A stretch of 64,000 nt of DNA from Acidobacteriota bacterium (GCA_035529075.1 DATKXK010000010.1:165401-229400); one strand, 5' to 3'. Shown: positions 1 to 8,448, numbered from the stretch's first letter. The notes: generated by a model from the letters alone, not told the origin. Made by a program: numbers and translations.

Positions 1-477
1 ATCGGCGTAATCCTGCAGTTCCACACCTTTGAGACCTTGATGAGCAAGGTTGGTATCGGCACCGAAACGGTCAAATCCGGTGAGTTGAAGGACGTGGGAA
101 CCTATAGCCGGGAAATGACGGAGAAAGAACGGCTCATGCTGCATTCGGTGATCATGGACAGTTATGAGCAGTTTGTCGAGGTGGTGGCGGAAGGACGCGG
201 CAAGGAAAAGGACGAGGTGTATCGGTTGGCGGACGGTTCCGTGTTTACCGGGCTTCAGGCGTACAACCTGGGCCTGGTCGACACCCTGGGCGGTCTGCAC
301 GAGGCGGTAGAGATTGCGGCGGATCTGGCCGGTCTGGAGGGGAAACCCAAAGTGGTCAGGCCGTACAAACGGGATAAAATAGGTATCTTTGATCTCCTTC
401 CCGGTCTTTTGGGCGAGTTTGGCCAGACCGTGGACAAGGCGGTGAGTGGCCCCCGGTTACTCTATTTATACCAGTGA
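1..477 (+). CDS. sppA: signal peptide peptidase SppA (36K type), C-terminal part; 5' end lies outside the window
   Basis: The frame is open from base 1, so track ORF 37..477 is only the Met-initiated tail. The segments SREMTEKERLML..SYEQFVEVVAEGRGK and FTGLQAYNLGLVDTLGG are typical of the SppA C-terminal half. Confidence 0.75.
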   Translation: MGVILQFHTFETLMSKVGIGTETVKSGELKDVGTYSREMTEKERLMLHSVIMDSYEQFVEVVAEGRGKEKDEVYRLADGSVFTGLQAYNLGLVDTLGGLHEAVEIAADLAGLEGKPKVVRPYKRDKIGIFDLLPGLLGEFGQTVDKAVSGPRLLYLYQ

Positions 478-681
478 GTTGTGGCGTTTTTTTTGGTTCT
501 TGGGGCAAAAAACAGTAGACATCGCACGTAATTTCCTTTTCTTTCCGGTTGGGATGTATTATCTTCTGCTGTTCCAAAGGCTTATCGCTCTACACCCGAT
601 CTGTTGCGGACGGGGCGGAGCCCGTTTTAGAGAGGCAACTGCAAATGTACATACAGGAGCTAAGTCTCGAGGGAGGACGGA

Positions 682-966
682 GTGACAAAGGCTGATCTTG
701 TCGAGAAAGTCGCCGAGAAGACCGGGCTGACGCGAACCGACGTTGCGGTTGTTGTCGATTCGTTCCTGGATACTGTGAAGAAATCGGTTGAGAGTGGGCA
801 CAACATTGAGATCCGCGGCTTCGGCACATTCAAAGTCAAGTTGCGCAAGGCAAGGATGGCTCGTAATCCGCGTACCGGAGAGGTAGTGCCGGTGCCGGAT
901 CGAAAAGTGCCCGTCTTCAAACCGTCGAATGAATTTAAGAGCATGATAACAAAGTTGTCGGTCTGA
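682..966 (+). CDS. HU/IHF-family nucleoid-associated DNA-binding protein
   Basis: 94 aa with a GTG start just after GAGGGAGGA. Carries the hallmark beta-arm RGFGTF..R.ARMARNPRTGE.V.VP....PVFKPS. Confidence 0.9.
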   Translation: MTKADLVEKVAEKTGLTRTDVAVVVDSFLDTVKKSVESGHNIEIRGFGTFKVKLRKARMARNPRTGEVVPVPDRKVPVFKPSNEFKSMITKLSV

Positions 967-992
967 TCGGACGACAACCTGTCGGAGGATTG

Positions 993-1088
993 ATGCCGAG
1001 CGGAAAGAAGCGCAAGCGCGCAAAGATCAAGACTCACAAGCGGAAGAAGCGCAGGCGCGCTGACCGCCATAAGAAGAAAAAAGTCTGA
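993..1088 (+). CDS. 31-aa ultra-basic peptide, bS22-like (AURKAIP1/COX24-type) small ribosomal protein candidate
   Basis: Not in the ORF track because it is shorter than 60 aa. ATG at 993 follows GGAGGA (984-989). It encodes MPSGKKRKRAKIKTHKRKKRRRADRHKKKKV (19 of 31 residues K/R) and is followed by a long hairpin at 1115-1153. Confidence 0.5.
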   Translation: MPSGKKRKRAKIKTHKRKKRRRADRHKKKKV

Positions 1089-1114
1089 GCCTTCCACCAG
1101 GGAAAATATGTGAC

Positions 1115-1153
1115 AGCAGGCCGGGAAGATATTTCCGTTCTTCCGGGCCTGCT
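1115..1153 (+). terminator. terminator-like hairpin after the HU/small-ORF unit
   Basis: 15-bp stem (AGCAGGCCGGGAAGA / TCTTCCGGGCCTGCT, one G-G mismatch), 9-nt loop, followed by the T-rich TCTGTTCTCC. Confidence 0.5.
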
Positions 1154-1239
1154 TCTGTTCTCCGTAGCGCCGTCGCCGTGTGAGCGGTGCGGAATCGTTT
1201 GCAGCCACAACGGGTTGCTAATCTGAAACAGGCTCTGAT

Positions 1240-1268
1240 GCCCACCGGGTGCGGTGGGCACTTTTGTT
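1240..1268 (+). terminator. Rho-independent terminator-like hairpin
   Basis: GCCCACCG-GGTG-CGGTGGGC (8-bp perfect GC-rich stem) followed by ACTTTTGTT. It overlaps the GTG start (1249) proposed by the ORF track. Confidence 0.55.
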
Positions 1269-1275
1269 GCATAGT

Positions 1276-4152
1276 ATGACTGCGGTGAAAACTGCGGTTT
1301 TACATATGCTCCTGCCGGGGGTGCTCCTTGCCGTCGCTGTCAGCATGCCGGTGCGAAGCGATGTGACTGATTTTCTGGTCAACGACGACGGCGGCTCGGC
1401 CCAGCAAAGCAGCCCGCGCATAGCGGTGGCCGGCGACGGCACCTTTGTCGTCGCATGGGCAGACAGGCGGGAAGGCAACAGCGACATATACTTGCAGCGC
1501 TATGACGCCTTCGGTAATCCCCTCGGCGGCAATTTCAGGATCAACGACGACAGCACCGGGGCACACCAGTCTGAACCGTCCATTGCGGTCGATCTGTCCG
1601 GATTGTTCTCACTTGTCTGGAAGGACTTTCGTCAGGGAGAGTATCCCTTTGGCCCGGACATCTACTTTCAGCGATTCGACACCGCCGTCTCCGTGATTGG
1701 CGAGAATCTGTGCTTGACAGCAGGATGGCCTGATTCTCTGAAGGAGTCTCCCGACATTGCTCTCGCCCACTGGGGCAGTGGTGTAGTGGTGTGGGCTGAC
1801 TACCGCGACCACAACTGGGATATCTACGGTCAGCGATTCTCTTCAGACGGCGGGCTGATCGGATCCAAGTTCAAAATCAATGACGACGTCAACTTCGCCC
1901 AGCAGCACGCCCCCCGAATCTCGGTGGCTCCGGAAGGGTGGTTTGTTGTCACGTGGTATGACAATCGCTGGGGAAACGATGACATCTTCGTACAGCACTT
2001 TGATTCGCTGGGAAGCGCGCTGGGCCCGAATGTCAGGGTGAACTCTGACGGGGCCGAGGTACGGCAGGCTTTCCCGGACGTAGCGGCCGACGGGGCCGGT
2101 CACTTTACGGTGGTGTGGGTCGACTGGCGCAACGGGACGTATCCGTCCAACCCCGACCTTTACGCTCGAAAGTATGACACGTCTATGGTGCCTCGTGCCG
2201 CCGAGGAGCGAGTCAACAGGGACGGCACCAGGAGGGCACAGCGGGAACCGACCATTGCTGCCGATCGCATGGGTAATGTCGCCATCATCTGGTCCGACTC
2301 GACCGGCAGTTCCTGGGACATCACGGGACAGATGATTGACGTCGAGGGAGTAATCCGTGAGACCAATTTTCAGGCCAACTCTTTCGGAGACAGTGCCCAG
2401 TTGCAGCCGGATGTGGCCCTGGACGGCCGGTATCGTTATGTCACGTGGGCTGACCGCCGGCAGGGTAACTGGGACGTCTTTGCCTCGATCACCCGGTACA
2501 ATGACCCGACGCTGGTGCCGGTACCTTCGGCGCTCAAGTTCGAGATGGAGCTGGGCGGACCGCTGCCCGAGGTCCAGGAACTGAGAATCGAGCATACCGG
2601 GTATAATGCCCTGCATTTCGTCGTGCACAGTTCGGTTCAGTGGTGTCTGGTCACGCCGGACTCCGGCCTGACCCCGGCCGGTGTCACGGTATCCGTTTCC
2701 GGCAGCTCTTTTGACTACGGCACCCATTTCGGCACACTCACGCTCGTGGACCTTCACAACCAGGATTCAACCTCGGTTGTGTCCGTTCGCCTTGACGTTA
2801 CCGTGGCCGAGTTGGCGCTTTCCACGGACACCGTCCGCCTCAGGGCTATGACCGGCCTGACCGACAGCGTTGTCGGCTATGTTGAGGTTTCGAATTCGGG
2901 AGCGGGATCGTTCACGTGGACGGCTGCCGAATCAGCCCCCTGGCTGTCGCTCTCGGACGCTTCCGGGGCGCCGCCAAGCACCGTCGAGCTGATCGCCACG
3001 GCAGCCAGTCTGGCAGAAGGGCTTTACGCGGAACCGGTGGTGTTCAGGGCGGAAGGAGCCCTTGGCTCTCCCGATACCGTGTGGGTTACGCTCGAGGTTA
3101 CAGCTGAACGGCCCTACCTGGCCGTTTCTCCGGAGAGCTTCTACGTTCAGACCGCGTATCCGGGCGCTGTAGCTGAAACGCTCGTGGTGGAAAACAAGGG
3201 CTCCGGCACGCTTAACTGGAACGCCACGGTGGCTGATTCGTGGCTTCAAGCCGATCGGTTGGCTGGCGGGTCAGGAGACACTATCCATCTCGCCGTCGAT
3301 ACCCTTGGCCTCACACCCGGGAGCCATGAGACGTCCATAGAGATCACGGATACTTCCTCCATCATAGTTTCGCTGACCGTTCCCTTCGTTCTGGAAGTGC
3401 TGGAGCTAAGCGAGACGGACACGCTCAGGCTGGGTTCGGCGCAAATGGAGACCGGCGGTTCGGCTGCAATTCCAGTGGAACTGCACCTGCTGAACCGGGC
3501 ACGTGAAATACAGGTGCCAATCATGCTTGATCCGGTGTTTGTTTCCATCCAGTCCGTAGAATTCGACCCCGTCATCGTCAGCCAGGCTTCGGTCGCCCAC
3601 CAGATAGACAGCAGCCTCGGCCTGGTGCTGCTTTCGATCACGGCCGTGTCTGTCGATGATTTCGTCGAGACCGGCGAGTATCAGCTCGCCCGCCTGCGAG
3701 TAACGGCGCGCGACCGACCAGGTGTCTTCCCGGTGGACACAGCGCGATTCGACTCGCTCTCGGTGTGCGTCGTGACCGACCGAGATGGCAGCGTAACGCC
3801 CGTCGTGATTCCCGGGCAGGTGACTGTTGACACACCTACCGAATTGCCGCCGGAGCTCCGGGATGAACTGCCGCGCGCGACCGCCCTGTCCCAGAACTTT
3901 CCCAACCCCTTCAATCTCTCGACCGGGATTGAATTCGAACTGCCCGCCACTGCCGAGGTCAGGCTCGAAGTGTACAACATACTCGGCCAGAAGGTCCGGG
4001 TGCTGGCCGGCGGGTTGTATAGCGTCGGCGGACATGTTGTCCAGTGGGACGGTATGTACGAAAACGGACAGGTAGCGCCGTCGGGGATATACTTCTACCG
4101 CCTGCGGTCCGGGCCGATTTCCCTGGTCAGGAAAATGGTGCTGGTCAAATAA
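1276..4152 (+). CDS. large secreted T9SS cargo protein: 7 propeller-like repeats, 3 BACON-like Ig modules, a cohesin-like module and a T9SS C-terminal sorting domain
   Basis: Track ORF 1249..4152. I prefer the ATG at 1276 (MTAVKTAVLHMLLPGVLLAVAVS signal peptide) because 1249 lies inside a terminator hairpin. The C-terminus FPNPFNLSTGIEFELP...VYNILGQKV...GIYFYRL is the type A T9SS sorting domain. Confidence 0.85.
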   Translation: MTAVKTAVLHMLLPGVLLAVAVSMPVRSDVTDFLVNDDGGSAQQSSPRIAVAGDGTFVVAWADRREGNSDIYLQRYDAFGNPLGGNFRINDDSTGAHQSEPSIAVDLSGLFSLVWKDFRQGEYPFGPDIYFQRFDTAVSVIGENLCLTAGWPDSLKESPDIALAHWGSGVVVWADYRDHNWDIYGQRFSSDGGLIGSKFKINDDVNFAQQHAPRISVAPEGWFVVTWYDNRWGNDDIFVQHFDSLGSALGPNVRVNSDGAEVRQAFPDVAADGAGHFTVVWVDWRNGTYPSNPDLYARKYDTSMVPRAAEERVNRDGTRRAQREPTIAADRMGNVAIIWSDSTGSSWDITGQMIDVEGVIRETNFQANSFGDSAQLQPDVALDGRYRYVTWADRRQGNWDVFASITRYNDPTLVPVPSALKFEMELGGPLPEVQELRIEHTGYNALHFVVHSSVQWCLVTPDSGLTPAGVTVSVSGSSFDYGTHFGTLTLVDLHNQDSTSVVSVRLDVTVAELALSTDTVRLRAMTGLTDSVVGYVEVSNSGAGSFTWTAAESAPWLSLSDASGAPPSTVELIATAASLAEGLYAEPVVFRAEGALGSPDTVWVTLEVTAERPYLAVSPESFYVQTAYPGAVAETLVVENKGSGTLNWNATVADSWLQADRLAGGSGDTIHLAVDTLGLTPGSHETSIEITDTSSIIVSLTVPFVLEVLELSETDTLRLGSAQMETGGSAAIPVELHLLNRAREIQVPIMLDPVFVSIQSVEFDPVIVSQASVAHQIDSSLGLVLLSITAVSVDDFVETGEYQLARLRVTARDRPGVFPVDTARFDSLSVCVVTDRDGSVTPVVIPGQVTVDTPTELPPELRDELPRATALSQNFPNPFNLSTGIEFELPATAEVRLEVYNILGQKVRVLAGGLYSVGGHVVQWDGMYENGQVAPSGIYFYRLRSGPISLVRKMVLVK

Positions 4153-4275
4153 CCGCGCCGCAGTCCAGGTGCGGTCGGCACGATTTCAGACGACAATTGC
4201 AGATTCGGAACAACTTCCCGTCCCGGCACTCGTATATGTAAGACAGCAGGGATAGTGTATCTGTCTGGAGGCTTT

Positions 4276-5532
4276 ATGAGAGTAACTGCATTCCTTATGA
4301 CCGCCGCAGCCGCCATACTGTTGTCCGCGATGGCTCTTGCGGCTGACAACAGCGGACGTATTTACGGGGAGATTACCACCGTCGACGGCGACGTTCTCAA
4401 AGGGCTCATACGCTGGGACAAGAACGAAGGTTCGTGGGTCGATCTGCTCAACGGATCGAAGGATCTGCGGGACGACCGTGATCGGGATCGCTCGCTATCC
4501 AAGCGAAAGAGGTACAGCGATCGCAGGAGGTCGATTGAACTTTTCGGGATCAAGATCATCGACGACGACGGGCTCGTGCACGTGATGACGGGTGTGGCCC
4601 AGTCCGGAATTCGATTCGGACACATCAAGACCATGAAGATCCTTGACGATGACATGGTGCGGCTGGATTTGAAATCCGGTCGCGAAGCTGAACTGTTCGA
4701 TGGCTCCACGGACATCGGGACGAGCATTCGGGAGATCGTGATCGAGGATGAGAGCGAAGGTGAACTGGAGCTTGCGTGGGATGATATCGAACGCATCGAT
4801 TTCATGGCGGCCGGAACCTCCGAGCCGTCCAGCTTCGGAGATCGCCTCTACGGGACGGTTACCACGCGCCGCGGCGAGGATTACAGCGGCTTCATTTGCT
4901 GGGACGTTGACGAGATATTCACCGGCGATGTTCTCGACGGTGTTGAGAACAGCCGCAAACGTAAGATACGGTTCGACAAGATCGCCTCGATAGAACGGTA
5001 CAGTTCCAAGGGTGCGACCGTCGTGACCAGGACGGGAGACGAGTACGTGCTCCGAGGCACCAATGACGTCAACAGCAGCAACCGGGGTATTGGGGTCTCG
5101 GATCCGGGTCTCGGTCAGGTAACGGTCGGCTGGGATGAGTTTGAACGGGTCGTCTTCAGTGACCCCCCATCCATGGTGCGATACGATGATTTCGACGGCG
5201 GACGTCCGCTGCAGGGAACGGTCTTTACGGAGGACGGCAACCAGTACACCGGGACGATCTGCTGGGATGACGACGAGGAGTATACGTGGGAGATTCTTGA
5301 CGGTGAATACCGCGACCTCGAGTTCGACGTCGAGTTCGGTCTGATCAAGCAGATCGAGAAGAAATCCTACCGGGCGGCCATCGTGACCGTGTGGGACGGC
5401 CGCAGTTTCCAGTTGCGGGGGTCGAACGACGTGGACGAGGACAACAAGGGCATAATCGTGGTCATGGACGACGGTGAGGAAGCGATCATCGACTGGGAGG
5501 AATTCACGCGGGTCGAGTTTGTGAAGCCCTGA
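4276..5532 (+). CDS. secreted hypothetical protein with three ~115-150-aa internal repeats
   Basis: Track ORF 4255..5532. ATG at 4276 follows GGAGG. Signal peptide MRVTAFLMTAAAAILLSAMALA. Repeat starts are GRIYGEITTVDGDVLKGLIRWD, DRLYGTVTTRRGEDYSGFICWD and RPLQGTVFTEDGNQYTGTICWD. Confidence 0.8.
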   Translation: MRVTAFLMTAAAAILLSAMALAADNSGRIYGEITTVDGDVLKGLIRWDKNEGSWVDLLNGSKDLRDDRDRDRSLSKRKRYSDRRRSIELFGIKIIDDDGLVHVMTGVAQSGIRFGHIKTMKILDDDMVRLDLKSGREAELFDGSTDIGTSIREIVIEDESEGELELAWDDIERIDFMAAGTSEPSSFGDRLYGTVTTRRGEDYSGFICWDVDEIFTGDVLDGVENSRKRKIRFDKIASIERYSSKGATVVTRTGDEYVLRGTNDVNSSNRGIGVSDPGLGQVTVGWDEFERVVFSDPPSMVRYDDFDGGRPLQGTVFTEDGNQYTGTICWDDDEEYTWEILDGEYRDLEFDVEFGLIKQIEKKSYRAAIVTVWDGRSFQLRGSNDVDEDNKGIIVVMDDGEEAIIDWEEFTRVEFVKP

Positions 5533-5557
5533 ACGACGTGGCCAACCGCACTTGCTC

Positions 5558-5640
5558 CACATGGGACCGCCTGCACGCGGTCCCATGTGCTGTTGAGACT
5601 ACAAAAACGGACCCCGGCCGCCGAGCCGGGGTCCGTTTTT
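5558..5640. terminator. two tandem hairpins between convergent genes; the second is a bidirectional terminator
   Basis: Hairpin 1 (5558-5589) has a 13-bp perfect stem, CACATGGGACCGC/GCGGTCCCATGTG. Hairpin 2 (5603-5640) is AAAAACGGACCCCGGC-loop-GCCGGGGTCCGTTTTT, with an A-tract and a T-tract on either side. Confidence 0.65.
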
Positions 5641-5659
5641 CTCCGTCCTCGGATCAAGT

Positions 5660-6574
5660 CTATTGCAGCGCTTCGGCTTTCTTTTTCTCCTTGAGCTCCT
5701 TGACGTGTCCTTCGGCGGTCCCTACTTCGCCCTTGGCCTTGGGGTTCTTCTTGGCCAGCGCGATGAAGCGCTCCCAGTTGGCTATGTTGGTGTCGACGTC
5801 GTCAGGGTTGTATGATTCCATCGCCACGGCGAAGTTGTACGCGGCACGGTACCCGGTCTTTGGTTTCGCCTTTAAGGCAGCTTCAAACTCTCCCGCGGCT
5901 TTCAGGTACTTCTCCTGGCTGAGGTATATCTGACCGAGCGCCGAATGCGCGTTGTAGTTCGAGTTCTCCAGAGCCACAGACTTTTCCAGGGCCGCTATGG
6001 CCTCATTAATCTTGTTCTCCTTCTGGTAGCTTTTCCCCAGGTAGAGGTACGTGAGCTGGTCGCCTGCGCCCAGCGTGTGGCACCGCTCCAGGGTGGCAAT
6101 AGCCTCGGTATAGTTCTTTCGTCCGTAGTATGACTTGCCGAGCTCCTTTATGACCTCGGCGTTGTTCTCATCGATGGATATGGCGGTCTTGAAAGCCGTT
6201 TCTGCCTCGGCGTATTGTCTCAGCACCATCAAAACCCTGCCCAGATTGGCGAAGCCATCGACGTTCTGGTTGTTCTTTTCCGTCGCGGTCCGGAACATCT
6301 CCAGCGCCTTGTCATAATCCTTCTGCCGGTAGTAGATAACGCCCAGATTCAGGTATGCGTCCGAGTAATCCCCGTCCTCGGCAATGGCCGCCTCAAACGC
6401 GGTGACGGCGGCGGCGTCATCGCCCTCCTGCATGGCGCTTACGCCCGCGTTGTAATGCTCTTTGGCTTTCTCGGCGTCCGCGATAGCCTGCGGGGCGAGG
6501 CCAAGGAAAGCCAGGAGGACGATCACGAGAATGAGTCGCTCGGACATTCTGGTTCGATCTGCAAATGCCATCAA
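5660..6574 (-). CDS. TPR-repeat protein, exported
   Basis: 304 aa with an N-terminal hydrophobic signal (LILVIVLLAFLGLAPQAIA). Repeated A..Y.N.G......G.Y..A...F..A 34-aa TPR units run throughout. The start could instead be the Met at 6547. Confidence 0.85.
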   Translation of the reverse strand: MMAFADRTRMSERLILVIVLLAFLGLAPQAIADAEKAKEHYNAGVSAMQEGDDAAAVTAFEAAIAEDGDYSDAYLNLGVIYYRQKDYDKALEMFRTATEKNNQNVDGFANLGRVLMVLRQYAEAETAFKTAISIDENNAEVIKELGKSYYGRKNYTEAIATLERCHTLGAGDQLTYLYLGKSYQKENKINEAIAALEKSVALENSNYNAHSALGQIYLSQEKYLKAAGEFEAALKAKPKTGYRAAYNFAVAMESYNPDDVDTNIANWERFIALAKKNPKAKGEVGTAEGHVKELKEKKKAEALQ

Positions 6575-6645
6575 GGCTCCTTTCAGTTTGACAATACTGT
6601 CGCCTACACTTAATACAATTTTTTAACCTGATTTGATCCAGCCGT

Positions 6646-7092
6646 TCACAGCGCCTGGCGGTGTTGCGCCACGGCCGCCCGAACGTCGGGGTACTTCAGG
6701 GCCAGAATTCTGGCGGCCAGAATCGCTGCATTCTTCGCTCCCGGCGCGCCGATTGCCACCGCCGCCACCGGTATCCCCGGCGGCATTTGCACGACCGACA
6801 ACAGCGCATCGAGTCCGTCGAGCGCCGCAGGAAGGGGTACGCCGATTACCGGAAGTATCGAATGGGCCGCAGCCACTCCCGGCAGCGCCGCCGAGAGACC
6901 GGCCATGGCAACGATCACTTCGTACCCGGTCTCCTCGGCCTTACCGGCCAGTTCGGCGGTTTTCTGAGGCTGTCGATGCGCCGAGCAGACTTCTATATCA
7001 CCGTCGATACGGAATTCCTTCAGCAGCGACCGGCATTGTTCGGCGTATTCCAGGTCCGATTTCGACCCGACCAGTATGAGTACTCTGGGCAT
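6646..7092 (-). CDS. purE: 5-(carboxyamino)imidazole ribonucleotide mutase
   Basis: 148 aa. VLILVGSKSD...SAHR.P......A...G..VIVAMAG.SAALPGV.AA....PVIGVP is the PurE signature. Confidence 0.9.
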   Translation of the reverse strand: MPRVLILVGSKSDLEYAEQCRSLLKEFRIDGDIEVCSAHRQPQKTAELAGKAEETGYEVIVAMAGLSAALPGVAAAHSILPVIGVPLPAALDGLDALLSVVQMPPGIPVAAVAIGAPGAKNAAILAARILALKYPDVRAAVAQHRQAL

Positions 7093-7097
7093 ATGTT

Positions 7098-8384
7098 TCA
7101 GTTCTGCCTGTTTCCTTTTTTGAAGGCCCGAAAGCCTATGTCACGACGGAAGAAGGCTCCCTCGAACCTAATCCTCTTGATCTGCTCGTAGGCGCGGCCA
7201 AGGGCGCCTTTGAGATCCTTGTCCAGACCGATAACGCTGAGCACCCGGCCGCCCGCCGTCAGCCACTTGTTCCCCTCTTTCGTTGTCCCGGAATGGAAAG
7301 CAAAGCTCGAGTTGTTCCAGTAGTTCTGGAGACCGGATATTCGTAAACCCGTCTTGTATTTGCCGGGATACCCCTTGGAGGCCATGACTACGCAGGCGGC
7401 CGCGCCGCTGCGCCACTCCAGCCGGTCGAGGCTGCCCAGTTTCCTGTCAACTGCCTTGGCCAGCACCTCGGCGAGATCCGTCTTGAGCAGGGGCAGCACC
7501 GCCTGGGTCTCGGGGTCGCCGAACCGGCAGTTGAACTCGAGCACTCTCGGCCCCGAGGCCGTTATCATCAGTCCGGCATAGAGGACCCCTTGATACGTGA
7601 TATTCTCATTGCGCAGTCCGGTGATGGTGGGGGACAGAATGTGGTCGTACACATCCTGCATCAGCGCACTGTCAAGGAAGCTCGTGGGGCAGTACGCACC
7701 CATCCCGCCCGTATTCGGGCCTTTGTCACCTTCGTATGCCTGCTTGTGATCCTGGCTGGGCAGAAGCGGGAGAATTGTCTTACCGTCCGTAATTGCCATC
7801 ACGGACACCTCCTGGCCGTTCAGGAACGATTCCACCACCACCCGGGCCCCCGCCTTGCCGAACCGCTGGTCTACCATTATGGCCTCGACCGTCCGGGCAG
7901 CTTCCTCGAAACTGCCGACCACGAACACTCCCTTTCCGGCAGTAAGGCCGTCAGCTTTTATCACCGCCGGGTACTCAAGCGATTTGCAGAATCCAACCGC
8001 CTCGGTCGACGTCTCGAAGACCTTGAACGGAGCCGTGGGGATGTGGTATTTCTGCATGAACTGCTTGGCGAACACCTTGCTGGCCTCGATCTGTGCGGCT
8101 CGTTTTTCGGGTCCGAAGATCTTCAGCTTGCGGCGGTGGAACTCGTCGACTATACCCATCGCCAGCGGCTGCTCCGGGCCGACCACTGTCAGCTCGATTT
8201 TCTTGCGCTGTGCGAAGTCGGCCAGATCGCGAACGTTATCGGCGGGGATATTCAGGCATCTCCCGGCCAGGGACATGCCGCCGTTGCCCGGCGCACAGAA
8301 AATGGCCCTGACCTTCTTGGATTGCTTGAGCTTCCACGCGAGAGCGTGCTCGCGCCCTCCTGAACCGACTATTAGTACTTTCAT
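7098..8384 (-). CDS. purD: phosphoribosylamine--glycine ligase
   Basis: 428 aa. MKVLIVGSGGREHALAWKL, the ATP-grasp core and NCRFGDPETQ are all typical of PurD. Confidence 0.95.
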   Translation of the reverse strand: MKVLIVGSGGREHALAWKLKQSKKVRAIFCAPGNGGMSLAGRCLNIPADNVRDLADFAQRKKIELTVVGPEQPLAMGIVDEFHRRKLKIFGPEKRAAQIEASKVFAKQFMQKYHIPTAPFKVFETSTEAVGFCKSLEYPAVIKADGLTAGKGVFVVGSFEEAARTVEAIMVDQRFGKAGARVVVESFLNGQEVSVMAITDGKTILPLLPSQDHKQAYEGDKGPNTGGMGAYCPTSFLDSALMQDVYDHILSPTITGLRNENITYQGVLYAGLMITASGPRVLEFNCRFGDPETQAVLPLLKTDLAEVLAKAVDRKLGSLDRLEWRSGAAACVVMASKGYPGKYKTGLRISGLQNYWNNSSFAFHSGTTKEGNKWLTAGGRVLSVIGLDKDLKGALGRAYEQIKRIRFEGAFFRRDIGFRAFKKGNRQN

Positions 8385-8420
8385 CCTTTTTTCAACCGGA
8401 CTTTCGTCATGGAATAGCGA

Positions 8421-8448
8421 ATTATACGAGAAGAAGGCTAAAATTCAA
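8421..8448 (-). promoter_or_regulatory. sigma-70-type promoter for purD-purE
   Basis: The minus strand reads TTGAAT-N16-TATAAT, about 35 nt upstream of the purD ATG. Confidence 0.5.

Noticed and set aside
1249-1275. GTG start proposed by the ORF track for the 967-aa protein.
   Set aside because: The codon lies within the stem-loop of a terminator-like hairpin (1240-1268). The ATG at 1276 gives a better signal peptide.
4177-4202. GGCACG ... TTGCAG resembling sigma-54 -24/-12 elements upstream of the 4276 gene.
   Set aside because: The spacing between GG and GC is about 20 nt instead of the 10 required, so this is not a functional -24/-12 geometry.
8396-8406. The minus strand reads CGAAAGTCCGG, similar to the RNase P RNA GGAAAGUCCGG core.
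   Set aside because: It lies in the ~30-nt purD leader. None of the other RNase P conserved regions are present, so this is a chance match.
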